The notes beneath the pieces are model-generated. The model made no database searches, was not told the DNA's origin, and worked only from the letters and a program-made list of their open reading frames with translations. The translations under genes were made by a program, and so were the position numbers. From the NCBI GenBank assembly GCA_963736855.1, contig CAVTQK010000008.1, forward strand, positions 1 through 64,000: a DNA stretch of 64,000 nucleotides, written 5' to 3'. This DNA is from an uncultured delta proteobacterium (GTDB lineage: Bacteria > Desulfobacterota > Desulfobacteria > Desulfobacterales > UBA2156). Positions 28,154 to 38,555 of this stretch are shown in pieces; position 1 is the stretch's first letter; each line of letters opens with the position of its first letter.

Positions 28154-30042
28154 AAAAATTGACTTCCCTCAAAGATCTCGAAAAAGCCAGGAAGGCAATT
28201 ATTGCTGAGCATAAGAAGAAGCCGGTCATCATCACCGTCTGTTCCGAGACCAGCTGTCTCACGTGCGGATCCTCGGAGTTGATCTATGCCTTTCAAAAGG
28301 AGCTGTTGAAGCACAAACTCAATGAACGCATCGAGCTTCGCAAGACAGGATGCCACGGCTTCTGCGAACGGGGCCCGATTGTGACCATTCTTCCCAAGGA
28401 ACTTTGCTATCTTCAAGTGAAACCTAAGGATGTTCCGGAAATCATTGAGAAAACGCTCATCGGTGATGAAATTGTCGAGCGCCTGACCTACAAGGATCCT
28501 CAGACGGGCAAAAGAATCGCCAAACGAATGAATATCCCTTTTTACAAATACCAACAGCGCATCCTTCTGGCAAACAACGCGGTCGTCAACCCGGACGATA
28601 TCCGTGACTATATTGCTATCGGAGGATATTCCGCCCTTGCAAAAGTCCTCACCCAGATGAAGCCGGAAGAGGTGATCGAGGTCATCAAGGATTCCAATCT
28701 CAGGGGCCGCGGGGGCGGCGGCTTTCCTGCCGGTAGAAAGTGGGAGACGACTCGGAGGGCACCCGGTGAGCCCAAGTATGTGATCGTCAACGGAGATGAA
28801 GGGGACCCGGGCGCGTATATGGACCGGAGTCTCATGGAGGGAAACCCCCATGGCGTGATCGAGGGGTTGATCATCGGAGGCTATGCGATCGGGGCACATG
28901 AGGGCTTCATCTATGTGCGGCAGGAGTACCCGTTCGCTATCAAGAATATCCAGCGTGCCCTCGAGCAGGCATCGCAATATGGATTATTGGGGGAGAAAAT
29001 CCTGGGAACCGGATTCCATTTTGACGTCCGGATTCACCGGGGCGCAGGAGCCTTTGTTTCCGGAGAATCCAGCGCCCTGATGACCGCCCTTGAAGGTCGT
29101 GTGGGAGAACCGAGGCCAAAGTATATCCATACCTCAGAAAAAGGCTTATGGGACAGGCCGTCATGCTTGAACAATGTGGAAACATGGGCAAACGTCCCCT
29201 TTATCATCAACAAAGGCGCTTCGTGGTTCAAAAACATGGGTACCAAGGGAAGCAGCGGCACCAAAGTCTTCTCCCTGGTCGGGAAAATCAACAACACTGG
29301 ACTTGTGGAAGTGCCGATGGGGATCCCCCTCCGCGACATTATCTTTAAAATCGGGGGGGGAATCCCGAAAAGGCGGAAATTCAAAGCGGTTCAGACGGGA
29401 GGTCCCTCCGGAGGGGTCCTCCCTGAAAGCCTGCTGGATCTCCCCGTTGATTTCGATGAGCTCACCAAGGCCGGATCCATGATGGGTTCCGGAGGGATGA
29501 TTGTGATGGATGAGGACACGTGCATGGTGGATACGGCAAGATATTATATCGATTTCCTGGCCCATGAATCTTGCGGTAAATGCGTTCCGTGCAGAGAGGG
29601 GCTTCGCCAGATGCTCTTCATTCTAAACAACATCACATCTGGGCATGGCAGGGAAGAAGATCTAAAACTGTTGGAGGAATTGTCGGAAACTCTGCGAGAA
29701 GCCTCGCTGTGTGCCCTCGGAACGTCGGCTCCGAATCCTGTCATGAGCACCCTCCGGCACTTCAGGGACGAGTATGACGCACACATCAGAGAGAGGCGTT
29801 GTCCAGCCGGTGTATGCAAAGAGCTGATTCGGTTTGACATCGATCTGGAGAAATGTGGGGGTTGTGGGTTATGCGAAAAGAACTGCCCGGTCGGTGCGAT
29901 CTATGAAAAGGAAAAGAAACGCTTCTTTGTCGACAACGACAAGTGCATCAAATGCGGTGCGTGTTACACCGTTTGTCCGGAGAAGTTCTCAGCGGTGATC
30001 CGATCGTCCGGAACTCCTCAGCCAACCGCCTTCACCGCATAG
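28150..30042 (+). CDS. NuoF/HydB-like NADH-binding flavo-iron-sulfur subunit
   Basis: GRGGGGFP; NGDEGDPG; ESCGKCVPCREG; C-terminal 2x[4Fe-4S]. Confidence 0.92.
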   Translation: MKKLTSLKDLEKARKAIIAEHKKKPVIITVCSETSCLTCGSSELIYAFQKELLKHKLNERIELRKTGCHGFCERGPIVTILPKELCYLQVKPKDVPEIIEKTLIGDEIVERLTYKDPQTGKRIAKRMNIPFYKYQQRILLANNAVVNPDDIRDYIAIGGYSALAKVLTQMKPEEVIEVIKDSNLRGRGGGGFPAGRKWETTRRAPGEPKYVIVNGDEGDPGAYMDRSLMEGNPHGVIEGLIIGGYAIGAHEGFIYVRQEYPFAIKNIQRALEQASQYGLLGEKILGTGFHFDVRIHRGAGAFVSGESSALMTALEGRVGEPRPKYIHTSEKGLWDRPSCLNNVETWANVPFIINKGASWFKNMGTKGSSGTKVFSLVGKINNTGLVEVPMGIPLRDIIFKIGGGIPKRRKFKAVQTGGPSGGVLPESLLDLPVDFDELTKAGSMMGSGGMIVMDEDTCMVDTARYYIDFLAHESCGKCVPCREGLRQMLFILNNITSGHGREEDLKLLEELSETLREASLCALGTSAPNPVMSTLRHFRDEYDAHIRERRCPAGVCKELIRFDIDLEKCGGCGLCEKNCPVGAIYEKEKKRFFVDNDKCIKCGACYTVCPEKFSAVIRSSGTPQPTAFTA

Positions 30043-30056
30043 AAAGGGGGCAGAAA

Positions 30057-30608
30057 GTGAAAAAAGTCAGTTTAAACATTAATGGGAAATCAGTGACGGC
30101 CCAGGAGGGAACAACCATACTTGAGGCCGCGACAAACGCAGGCATCCAAATCCCTACCCTGTGCCACCATGATAACCTGGAGCCGTACGGGGCATGCCGT
30201 CTGTGTATCGTTGAGATTGTCAAGAAAGGACGCAGGAGAATCGTTGCTTCGTGTGTTTACCCTGTGGAGGAAGGTCTGGAAGTTGAGACCCATACCGACA
30301 AGGTGAAAAGAATTCGCAGGATGATTTTAGAGCTTTTGTGGCCTGCAGCACAGAAGTATGCGTCGGAGTATGGGATAACCAAATCAAGATTTCGAACAGA
30401 GAACACGGATTGCACTCTTTGCGGCATCTGCGTTCGATACTGTGCCGAAGTGAAAAAAATCCACGCCATCCACTTCAAGGGAAGGGGCGTCGAGCGAGAA
30501 ATCGCGCTGGTGCCTGAGTTGGGTCGGGAATGCCTTTATTGCCGAGAATGCTTCGCCTTCTGTACAGGAGGGAAAATTCTGAGTGAGATGGATAAACTAT
30601 ACGCCTAG
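30057..30608 (+). CDS. Short NuoG/HydA-N-terminal-like Fe-S protein (no catalytic domain)
   Basis: IPTLC..GACRLC..SC; CTLCGICVRYC; CLYCREC. Confidence 0.85.
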   Translation: MKKVSLNINGKSVTAQEGTTILEAATNAGIQIPTLCHHDNLEPYGACRLCIVEIVKKGRRRIVASCVYPVEEGLEVETHTDKVKRIRRMILELLWPAAQKYASEYGITKSRFRTENTDCTLCGICVRYCAEVKKIHAIHFKGRGVEREIALVPELGRECLYCRECFAFCTGGKILSEMDKLYA

Positions 30609-30689
30609 AGGAGCAGAGGGCAACCGATGATTCCATTGGTGATGCGGATTTCCTTCTTTTCGCGCCTTCGCCAGGATGCCCCGCGCGGC

Positions 30690-30800
30690 AGCAAGCGAAA
30701 TTTCACCTCTGTCATGGGTGCGCATATCATCGGTCCCCGGTCCGCAGACATGATCGTCGAATGCGTCATTGCCATGGAATTCCGCTTGACAGTACATCTT
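30690..30800 (+). pseudogene. Fragment of a pyridine nucleotide-disulfide oxidoreductase dimerisation domain
   Basis: GAHIIGPRSADMIVECVIAMEF resembles the LpdA C-terminus. Confidence 0.5.
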
Positions 30801-30952
30801 CCATCAGGGTATCGAAAATATAGACCTTGATACCTGCAGGTTCGCATATATTGGGGCTCAGGTGAGGGAAAAACACAATTCATGCCCATACTTAATCCGT
30901 ACTAAAAAGGCGAATTCTTATAAATTCTTATAAATAAATTACACGGGAGGCG

Positions 30953-32776
30953 TTGCAGAAAATGGAACAGGAATTCAAAATCTTGATGAATAATGTTCCA
31001 GCGGTGCTCTTTAAGGGATATCTGGATGGCTCGATTGATCTCTACGACAAAAAAGTGGAGACCCTGACCGGGTTCTCCCTGGACGATTTCCGCTCCCGCA
31101 GCTTGAAATGGATCGACCTTATTCTAGCAGAGGATCAGGATCAAACCAAAGAGACATTTATTAAAGCCCTGAAAACCAACAAGGCATACGTCCGGGAATA
31201 TAGGATAAAAGGCAGGGAAAGCAACATTATTTGGATACATGAACGAAGTCATATTGTTTGCGATGCCGACGGGACGGTAAAGCATGTTAGCGGCCTGTTC
31301 TTCGACGTCACCGAAACCAAACGACTCGAAGAGAAACTGCGTCAGACTGAACGGGAATTACACATAGTCATCGACAATATTCCAGCCATATTGTTTAAAG
31401 GATACCTTGACGGCGCAGTTGAAACTCTGGATGGCAAAATCGAAGCTATTACCGGTTATCCCAAGGATGAATTTGAATCACGGCGGCTGAAGTGGACCGA
31501 CCTGATTCTGAAAGAAGATCTTGATCAAACCAGAGAAATATTCATTCATGCCTTAAAGACCAATAAATCCTATATCAGGGAATATCGGATTAAATCCAAA
31601 AAGGGGGATGTGATCTGGATACATGAGCGCAGCCACATTGTCTGCGCTGCGGATGGCAAAGTGGACTATGTCAGCGGGCTTTTCTTTGATATTACCGACC
31701 GCAAAGAGTTGGAGGCCGCGGTGGCAGAACGGAATACCCAACTGCGGGAGGCCAATTCGCGTTTACAAAACTGGGCCCAGGAACTTGAAAAACGCAATGC
31801 CGAGATCAGCCTTCTGGGGCAGATGGGCGAACTGCTGCAAAGCTGCAATACCACTGAGGAAGCCAATCTTGTCATCCGGCAGTCAGTCCAGAAGTTGTTT
31901 CCCGACGATTCCGGGGCAGTTTTTCTGTTCAACGCGTCGCGTACACTGCTGGAAGCCGCTACTTTGTGGGGAGATACCTCCCCAAATGAGATGGTATTCG
32001 CCCCCGACGAATGCTGGGGGCTGCGCCGGGGGCGAATTCATGGTTTGGCCGAAGTTACCTCCGGGTTTAAATGCCGTCATGTAGAGCCGGACAGGATTGC
32101 CTATCTCTGTATGCCCCTGGTGGCCCAAGGAGAAGCCATCGGCATCTTCCATGTCCTGCTGGGATCTGCTGATCTCCAAAAGGCGGAAGCCAAAAAGAGC
32201 TTAGCCATGAGGGTTGCGGACCACTTAGGATTGGCGTTGGCCAAGCTGAAGTTGCAGGAAACACTGCAAAACCTATCGTTCAAGGACCCCCTTACCGGTT
32301 TGTTTAATCGCCGCTACATGGAAGAATCGATGGAACGGGAACTGCGCCGGGCTGAACGCAAAGTGAAACAGGTAGGGGTCATTATGGCCGATATTGACCA
32401 TTTTAAACGATTCAACGACACCTTTGGGCATGATGCGGGAGACACCCTCTTGCGAGAGGTTGCTAAAGTCTTGGCCAAGCAGGTTAGAGGCGGCGATATC
32501 GTCTGCCGTTACGGGGGGGAGGAGTTTGCCATTATTATGCAGGAGGTCACGCTGGACATCAGCCAGAAGCGCGCCGAGTCACTCAAAGAAAGCGTTCGGA
32601 ACCTGAGGGTATATCAAGGGGACCGGGCTTTGGACCCCGTTACCCTCTCTTTGGGAGTGGCAATTTTCCCGGATCACGGAAAGACATATAAGGCTGTTTT
32701 AGCGGCGGCAGATGTGGCTCTGTACCAGGCCAAGCAGTCCGGACGCGACCGGGTTTGTCTGGCCGCGAACCGTTGA
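30953..32776 (+). CDS. PAS-PAS-GAF diguanylate cyclase
   Basis: Duplicated PAS; DPLTGLFNRR; RGGD I-site; RYGGEEF. Confidence 0.92.
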   Translation: MQKMEQEFKILMNNVPAVLFKGYLDGSIDLYDKKVETLTGFSLDDFRSRSLKWIDLILAEDQDQTKETFIKALKTNKAYVREYRIKGRESNIIWIHERSHIVCDADGTVKHVSGLFFDVTETKRLEEKLRQTERELHIVIDNIPAILFKGYLDGAVETLDGKIEAITGYPKDEFESRRLKWTDLILKEDLDQTREIFIHALKTNKSYIREYRIKSKKGDVIWIHERSHIVCAADGKVDYVSGLFFDITDRKELEAAVAERNTQLREANSRLQNWAQELEKRNAEISLLGQMGELLQSCNTTEEANLVIRQSVQKLFPDDSGAVFLFNASRTLLEAATLWGDTSPNEMVFAPDECWGLRRGRIHGLAEVTSGFKCRHVEPDRIAYLCMPLVAQGEAIGIFHVLLGSADLQKAEAKKSLAMRVADHLGLALAKLKLQETLQNLSFKDPLTGLFNRRYMEESMERELRRAERKVKQVGVIMADIDHFKRFNDTFGHDAGDTLLREVAKVLAKQVRGGDIVCRYGGEEFAIIMQEVTLDISQKRAESLKESVRNLRVYQGDRALDPVTLSLGVAIFPDHGKTYKAVLAAADVALYQAKQSGRDRVCLAANR

Positions 32777-32803
32777 TCTCATTTCTCATATTGTCTCATG
32801 AAG

Positions 32804-32828
32804 ATACCCCGCTGCTTGCGGCGGGGTC
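32804..32828. repeat. Short GC hairpin (REP/IS200-605 end-like)
   Basis: accccgctgcttgcggcggggt. Confidence 0.45.
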
Positions 32829-32895
32829 CTACATCAGCATATCATGAAATCGCTCTTTTATATAATTGCCATGTTATATTCCTTTAATGTTCCTT

Positions 32896-33723
32896 TTATT
32901 TCATAAGGTTATCGGATATCACAAGCACAGGGCAGGAAGAAGAATTAACCACTTTTTCAACGGTGTTTTTTAAAAATATATTCCTGATGCTCTTTTTTAC
33001 ACAAGAGCTCATAATGATTAAGTTTGCATTATGCTCCAAAGCAGTATCTGTGATTGCTCTGACGCCATCTCCTTTTTTCAATATTATTTTATCCGCAATT
33101 CCGGGAAAGAGTTCTTTTGTGTCTTTGATAATTTCTTCTGTTAATTTATTCTTTTTGATATCATCACCTGAAATCGGCATAAACAGCAATTCGCTGCCAT
33201 AGGCTTTAGAAATTTCATATACTTTTTTCGCGGTAATTCTAATATCCTGCAAACTACTAAATGGTATCAGGATGTTATCCCAGCCAATCGACGTGTTTTC
33301 CGGTATTACAAGAACATCTTTCGAACCAAAACGGATTATCTTTTCTGTAACCCCTTTAATTAATGCTCTGTATAAGGCATTTTTCTTACTTGTCCCTGCA
33401 ATTATAAGATTAAAATCCTCTGTTTCAGCATATTCAAGAATTTTTTCAAAAGGTTCACCTTCTACACACAAAGCTTCAATTGATGCATCAAGGTTTTCTA
33501 CAGTTTCTTTTATTTTAGCAAGAGCAATTCCACAGGGTTCATTTAACAGCGCTTTAAAATCTTTAACACCTATTAAGCTCAAATCTCCTTCATAAGAAGG
33601 CGCAACATAAATAGCGCAAACACTTCCTCTCACCCAATATGAAAGCTTTATAGATTCAGACAGAGCATGAAGACTGGCATCGGATCCGTTAACTGCTACC
33701 AGTATTTTATTATACAATCCCAT
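32896..33723 (-). CDS. Tandem-domain universal stress protein
   Basis: KILVAVNGS; CPVLVI. Confidence 0.88.
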   Translation of the reverse strand: MGLYNKILVAVNGSDASLHALSESIKLSYWVRGSVCAIYVAPSYEGDLSLIGVKDFKALLNEPCGIALAKIKETVENLDASIEALCVEGEPFEKILEYAETEDFNLIIAGTSKKNALYRALIKGVTEKIIRFGSKDVLVIPENTSIGWDNILIPFSSLQDIRITAKKVYEISKAYGSELLFMPISGDDIKKNKLTEEIIKDTKELFPGIADKIILKKGDGVRAITDTALEHNANLIIMSSCVKKSIRNIFLKNTVEKVVNSSSCPVLVISDNLMK

Positions 33724-33760
33724 AAGTTAGCTATAAAATGGGCAAATAACATTGCCCGAT

Positions 33761-34570
33761 CTAGTCGGTATATACAGTAATAGGCAGAATTGTCATCTTA
33801 ATGCCTTTAACCCCATTCACTTTTTCAGCTTTTGCTGTCAGCTCCGGAGATATATTTGCCCTCTGATATTCATGAACTCTGGCCGTAACACTGACTATGC
33901 CATCACTGGCAGTTGTTTCAACAGAAGGGCATAAATCAAACAATTCAGCCCTGACTTCTGCCGCCAGCGCAAGATCTTCAATTCTTTTTTGAGATTCAGG
34001 AGTTGTTTTAAAATGTTCCAACGAAGCTGTATGGCAGATTATATCAGCAGCATCATCTGTTGTTATATTTTTAATATGAAGCACCAAATCATATAAGCTG
34101 CTGTCCAAGGTGTCTATCCCATATAAAAAAAGACTCCATTTTCTCCTCTGTTCATCATCTCTTTTTATATTTTTAATCGCTTTTTCTTCAGATATGTTTT
34201 CTCTTAGCATTTCAGTTCTGATTCTGTCATCCATATCTGCAATAATACGGACCTTGAGGACATGCTTTACGTCCCTAACAAAAAAATGGCCTGCAAACCC
34301 ATGATAAACGATATTATCTTCGCGAAGATATTTAAGCAGAGCCGCCTGGATATATGTAACATACATCTCTTTACCGTTGTTAAAACGGTCTAGGATCGAA
34401 GGTGCGTCGTTAATGGCTCTTGCAAGCTTCATCTCAGGTATATTAAACATTTCCGATGCATCAAGAAGTATCTCTCTTGAAATACGATCATACCCCAATT
34501 TTTTCGCAACCTTTTCAGCGACCTCTTCTCCGCCGCTATAAGAAGCTCTAGAAATAGTTATGATTGACAT
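33761..34570 (-). CDS. Cytidylate-kinase-like family protein with a BON-like tail
   Basis: IITISRASYSGG; YDLVL. Confidence 0.8.
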   Translation of the reverse strand: MSIITISRASYSGGEEVAEKVAKKLGYDRISREILLDASEMFNIPEMKLARAINDAPSILDRFNNGKEMYVTYIQAALLKYLREDNIVYHGFAGHFFVRDVKHVLKVRIIADMDDRIRTEMLRENISEEKAIKNIKRDDEQRRKWSLFLYGIDTLDSSLYDLVLHIKNITTDDAADIICHTASLEHFKTTPESQKRIEDLALAAEVRAELFDLCPSVETTASDGIVSVTARVHEYQRANISPELTAKAEKVNGVKGIKMTILPITVYTD

Positions 34571-34797
34571 AATAACTCCTTTACCGGATAAAATATTATT
34601 TTACCCACAGGCCCAAGACCATTGGATAGAGGGATCAATAAATTTGATATATTATAAACATCATTGCTAAAAAAAATCAAAAAATAAGGAGCATGAAAAT
34701 TATATTTTCATACTCCTTACCTTTTATCTGAATCATATCAATAAAGTACAGTAATCTCACTTAAATGATATATGAGAAAAAATGGCTTTTGATAGCA

Positions 34798-35862
34798 TTA
34801 TGCCTTTCCATAGCTTTCTTGTGCTGCAAACCTTGGCGACCTTGCCTTCCACATGCTTCCAAGAATTATTATTGCTCCGGTTAATAGGGAAAGGCACATA
34901 ATTACAAAGCTTAGCTTCGACATCAGGTCGATGTTTCCTGAATCCACAGACATCAGACCGAGCTGAGTCAGATACTTCGGTATTGCGAGAGCCCTGCTTA
35001 CCGCAACAAGAAGCATAATCGTCCCCATTACGATTTTGATCATATGTTCCTTTACAAATGTTGTACCGATCGCCCCGAGTTGAACACCAAGAAGAGACCC
35101 TGCAAGAATAATCAGTACCAGGCGTATGTCGATCATACCATGAAGCGCCCAGTTCACAGAACCTCCCAAACCCATAACAAAAGCTATTACCAGCTCAGTA
35201 GCAGATGCTATAATGCTCGATGCTCCAACTACATATATCATTCCGGGAACTCCGATAAATCCGCCTACAGCAATTGTCGCCGCCAGCATGCCCGTAGCAA
35301 AACCGACAGGTATCGTAAACCATAAGGATATTCTTAGATTTGCTCTTTTGAAATAAATCATTGGCGGGAGATTGATGGACTGAAGTTTCTGAGCAAGCTT
35401 GCTTACTTTCTCGACACCACCGGTTTTTGATATCTTCCACGCATCATAAAAAACATACCCGCCTACAATCACAAGAATTACCACAAAAGACAAGCTTACA
35501 TAAAGATTGGATCCCGCTTCGCCCCACTTATTGAGTATGTAGTGCTGAATCTGAATTCCGGCCTGAACCCCTCCTATAGCCGAAGCTGCCATAACAAGTC
35601 CAAGCTTTAGATCCACCTGGCCGTATTTGAACCGTTTATATGCTCCTACCATTGCTTTGGGAAATTTATGACACATGTTGCTTGCCACAGCCACAGTCGC
35701 CGGCACACCAAGGCTCATCATTCCCGGAGTCAGAACAAATGCTCCTCCTGAACCTATAAAGCCGCTTACAAGTCCTCCTATAAAACCCACAATGAACAAA
35801 AACGCTATCGATATTAGATTCAAATCGATAAATTTTAAACTCTCCGCTGCTAAATCGTGCAT
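34798..35862 (-). CDS. TauE/SafE family sulfite/organosulfur exporter
   Basis: GFIGSGGAFVLTP; GGFIGVP; multiple TM segments. Confidence 0.88.
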   Translation of the reverse strand: MHDLAAESLKFIDLNLISIAFLFIVGFIGGLVSGFIGSGGAFVLTPGMMSLGVPATVAVASNMCHKFPKAMVGAYKRFKYGQVDLKLGLVMAASAIGGVQAGIQIQHYILNKWGEAGSNLYVSLSFVVILVIVGGYVFYDAWKISKTGGVEKVSKLAQKLQSINLPPMIYFKRANLRISLWFTIPVGFATGMLAATIAVGGFIGVPGMIYVVGASSIIASATELVIAFVMGLGGSVNWALHGMIDIRLVLIILAGSLLGVQLGAIGTTFVKEHMIKIVMGTIMLLVAVSRALAIPKYLTQLGLMSVDSGNIDLMSKLSFVIMCLSLLTGAIIILGSMWKARSPRFAAQESYGKA

Positions 35863-35913
35863 ATTTCCTCCTCTCTATAATTTCTTGCAATTTAATTGAA
35901 ACTGGCGCATTAT

Positions 35914-36261
35914 TTATATCCTGTGAAACGGATTGATATATGCACGAGCTCGCGGTCTTTTCCTGGCAACCTTTTGAGTCCGTACATCGTCCTGAGCACT
36001 CTTTTCAATAGTCACAACCTTGACATCCTTCTGTACTGCGTTAATTCCCATAAAAGACCATAAATTACTTGCAAATGCTCCATGAGCAAATGAAAATACA
36101 AAGACGGTCAAAATCGGTAACGCCGCATACCAGCCCCCTCGTGTAAAATAGTTTGTTACGGTATCGGCATTTGTAAAAACCGCCACGTAGAGGGCTGCAG
36201 ATATCGCACCATAACCCAAAAGTTTGCCTATCGGTTTCTTTTTATTCATTTCCTTTGCCAT
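35914..36261 (-). CDS. Small membrane protein associated with TauE
   Basis: Two TM segments; FSFAHGAF. Confidence 0.7.
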   Translation of the reverse strand: MAKEMNKKKPIGKLLGYGAISAALYVAVFTNADTVTNYFTRGGWYAALPILTVFVFSFAHGAFASNLWSFMGINAVQKDVKVVTIEKSAQDDVRTQKVARKRPRARAYINPFHRI

Positions 36262-36529
36262 TTTCTTACCTCCTTTTATATTGTTATTCGAAAAAACGCT
36301 GAAAACCGGTATGGTAACTTCTGCTGCAATTTTTTCCTTGCTTTCGTCGGATCCGGTTATTACAAATTCTATCCTTTTTATTTCATGAATATATCTGCAC
36401 GTTATAAATATGTTACATTATTTGAATACCCGTTGCCAAATGCAACGCTATCATAATCATTGGAAACAGTTGCTATTACCGGCATTTTTAGGTAAATAAA
36501 TACAAATATTACCCCAAAAGGAACATATT

Positions 36530-38551
36530 ATGATTTTTACGAAAAAGTCTGAAAAACCAACGGAAGAAAATAAAAGATCCAATCAGGAACTTTTAGAGCT
36601 TCGCACTTCAATCGGAAAAGCAGGATTATCCGATTCTCTTACTTCACTGGCAATCAGAGAACTGGAACGCATGGAGAACATGGATCCTTCTGCTCCTGAA
36701 TACAGTATAGGCTTAAATTATATTGAATACCTTTTGTCTTTACCCTGGCATATATTCACAGATGATAATCTTGATTTAAGGCATGTTGAAAAAATAATGG
36801 ATTCCAAACATTACGGTTTGAATGTCATCAAAGAACGCATACTTGAATATCTTTCGGTAAGAACTCTTTTCAGTCTCCAGAAAATTCATATCATGGTCGT
36901 TGATGATGAAGAAATCGCAAGGAACAATTTTGAATATATTCTGCGCAAGGAAGGTTATGCGGTAAGCGCTGCATCAAACGGGCTCGAAGCGATCGATATC
37001 CTGAAAAAACAGCATGTAGATCTTATACTTACCGACCTTAAAATGGATAAAATGGATGGTATGCAGCTTCTGGAATTATCTAAAAAAATATCTCCACATA
37101 CGGAAATTGTGATGATAACCGGCTTTGCGACGGTCACTTCCGCCGTTGATGCGCTGAAAAAAGGTGCATTCCATTATCTTCCCAAACCTATAAATCTGGA
37201 TGAACTGCGACAAACAGTGTGCCAGATTATCGAAAAGAAAAAACATATACAAACTACCCGCAGCCCCATACTTTGTTTTGCAGGCCCTCCCGGAACCGGG
37301 AAAACTTCGGTCGGAAGAGCTATTGCAGAAGCCTTGGGAAGAAAATTCGTTCGTATTTCTCTTGCAGGGTTAAGAGACGAGGCCGACTTGCGTGGACATA
37401 GAAGAACATATGTAGGGGCGATGCCGGGAAGAATTATTAATGAGATAAAACGATCAGGATCAAGGAATCCTGTCTTTATGCTGGATGAAATTGATAAAAT
37501 CGGTCAGGACTTTCATGGCGATCCGGCTTCAGTTCTTCTTGAAATTCTTGACCCTGAACAAAACAGCCGTTTCATCGATCATTATCTCGATGCCCCTTTT
37601 GATCTGTCGGGAGTAATGTTTATTTCCACGGCAAATGTTGTTGAAAGGCTTCCGGCTCCTCTGTTAGACAGGCTTGAAGTAATCCATTTTTCCGGCTATA
37701 CTGAAAAAGAAAAGATCCACATTGCAAAGCTTCATTTGATACCTCGCTTGAAAAATGAGCATGGTTTATCAGGCTTTAACGTTGTATTTTCTGATGCTGC
37801 CATAGCAAAAATAATTCATAGCTACACCCAGGAGGCGGGGATCCGCAATTTTGAGCGCGAAATCGCAACAATCTTCCGAAAGATTGCAAGGCTTTTCCTT
37901 AAAAACAACAACGGGTCCGACAATGCAAGCTCAATAACGGTTGACGATACGCTGGTAGAAAAGCTTCTGGGCCCAAGAAAGTTTACCCATGAAATCCCTG
38001 AAAGAATAAATAAAGCCGGAATCACAACAGGCCTTGTGTGGACGGAATTCGGAGGAGAAATTATATTTATTGAAGCAAGCCTGATGAAAGGAAATCGCCA
38101 ACTCATCCTAACAGGATCGATGGGAAATGTTTTGCAGGAATCCGCACAGACGGCTTTGAGTTTCGTAAGAAGCAATGCCCAGCAGTTCGGAATAGACCCT
38201 GATTTTTTTAATGAGCGGGATATTCATATTCATATCCCTTCAGGAGCAATACCAAAAGACGGACCATCGGCCGGTATAACAATTGCCATCGCCCTTATAT
38301 CTCTTTTGACAGGTAACCCTGCGAGAAACGATATTGCTATGACTGGGGAGCTGACTTTAAGCGGAAGGGTATTAGGCGTTAGCGGAATCCGCGAGAAAGT
38401 TCTTGCTGCTCAGCGAAGCGGAATCAAAATCGTGGTTTTCCCCAAACGCAATGAAACGGATATCGCCAATATTGAACCGGAAGCAAAAGAAGGTGTAGAA
38501 ATTGTGCTTGCAGAAGAAATCCCCTCTATTGTAAAGCTTGTAATGCAGTGA
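36530..38551 (+). CDS. lon: Lon protease with an inserted receiver domain, lacking the N-terminal substrate domain
   Basis: HYGL..KERILEYL, then REC, then GPPGTGKT; RRTYVGAMPG; PKDGPSAG; REK. Confidence 0.88.
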   Translation: MIFTKKSEKPTEENKRSNQELLELRTSIGKAGLSDSLTSLAIRELERMENMDPSAPEYSIGLNYIEYLLSLPWHIFTDDNLDLRHVEKIMDSKHYGLNVIKERILEYLSVRTLFSLQKIHIMVVDDEEIARNNFEYILRKEGYAVSAASNGLEAIDILKKQHVDLILTDLKMDKMDGMQLLELSKKISPHTEIVMITGFATVTSAVDALKKGAFHYLPKPINLDELRQTVCQIIEKKKHIQTTRSPILCFAGPPGTGKTSVGRAIAEALGRKFVRISLAGLRDEADLRGHRRTYVGAMPGRIINEIKRSGSRNPVFMLDEIDKIGQDFHGDPASVLLEILDPEQNSRFIDHYLDAPFDLSGVMFISTANVVERLPAPLLDRLEVIHFSGYTEKEKIHIAKLHLIPRLKNEHGLSGFNVVFSDAAIAKIIHSYTQEAGIRNFEREIATIFRKIARLFLKNNNGSDNASSITVDDTLVEKLLGPRKFTHEIPERINKAGITTGLVWTEFGGEIIFIEASLMKGNRQLILTGSMGNVLQESAQTALSFVRSNAQQFGIDPDFFNERDIHIHIPSGAIPKDGPSAGITIAIALISLLTGNPARNDIAMTGELTLSGRVLGVSGIREKVLAAQRSGIKIVVFPKRNETDIANIEPEAKEGVEIVLAEEIPSIVKLVMQ

Positions 38552-38555
38552 TTTG

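Noticed and set aside
27032..30608. Hydrogenase, formate dehydrogenase or complex I operon
   Set aside because: No catalytic or membrane subunits are present.
30960..31710. Long internal DNA repeat
   Set aside because: Explained by tandem PAS domain duplication in the diguanylate cyclase.
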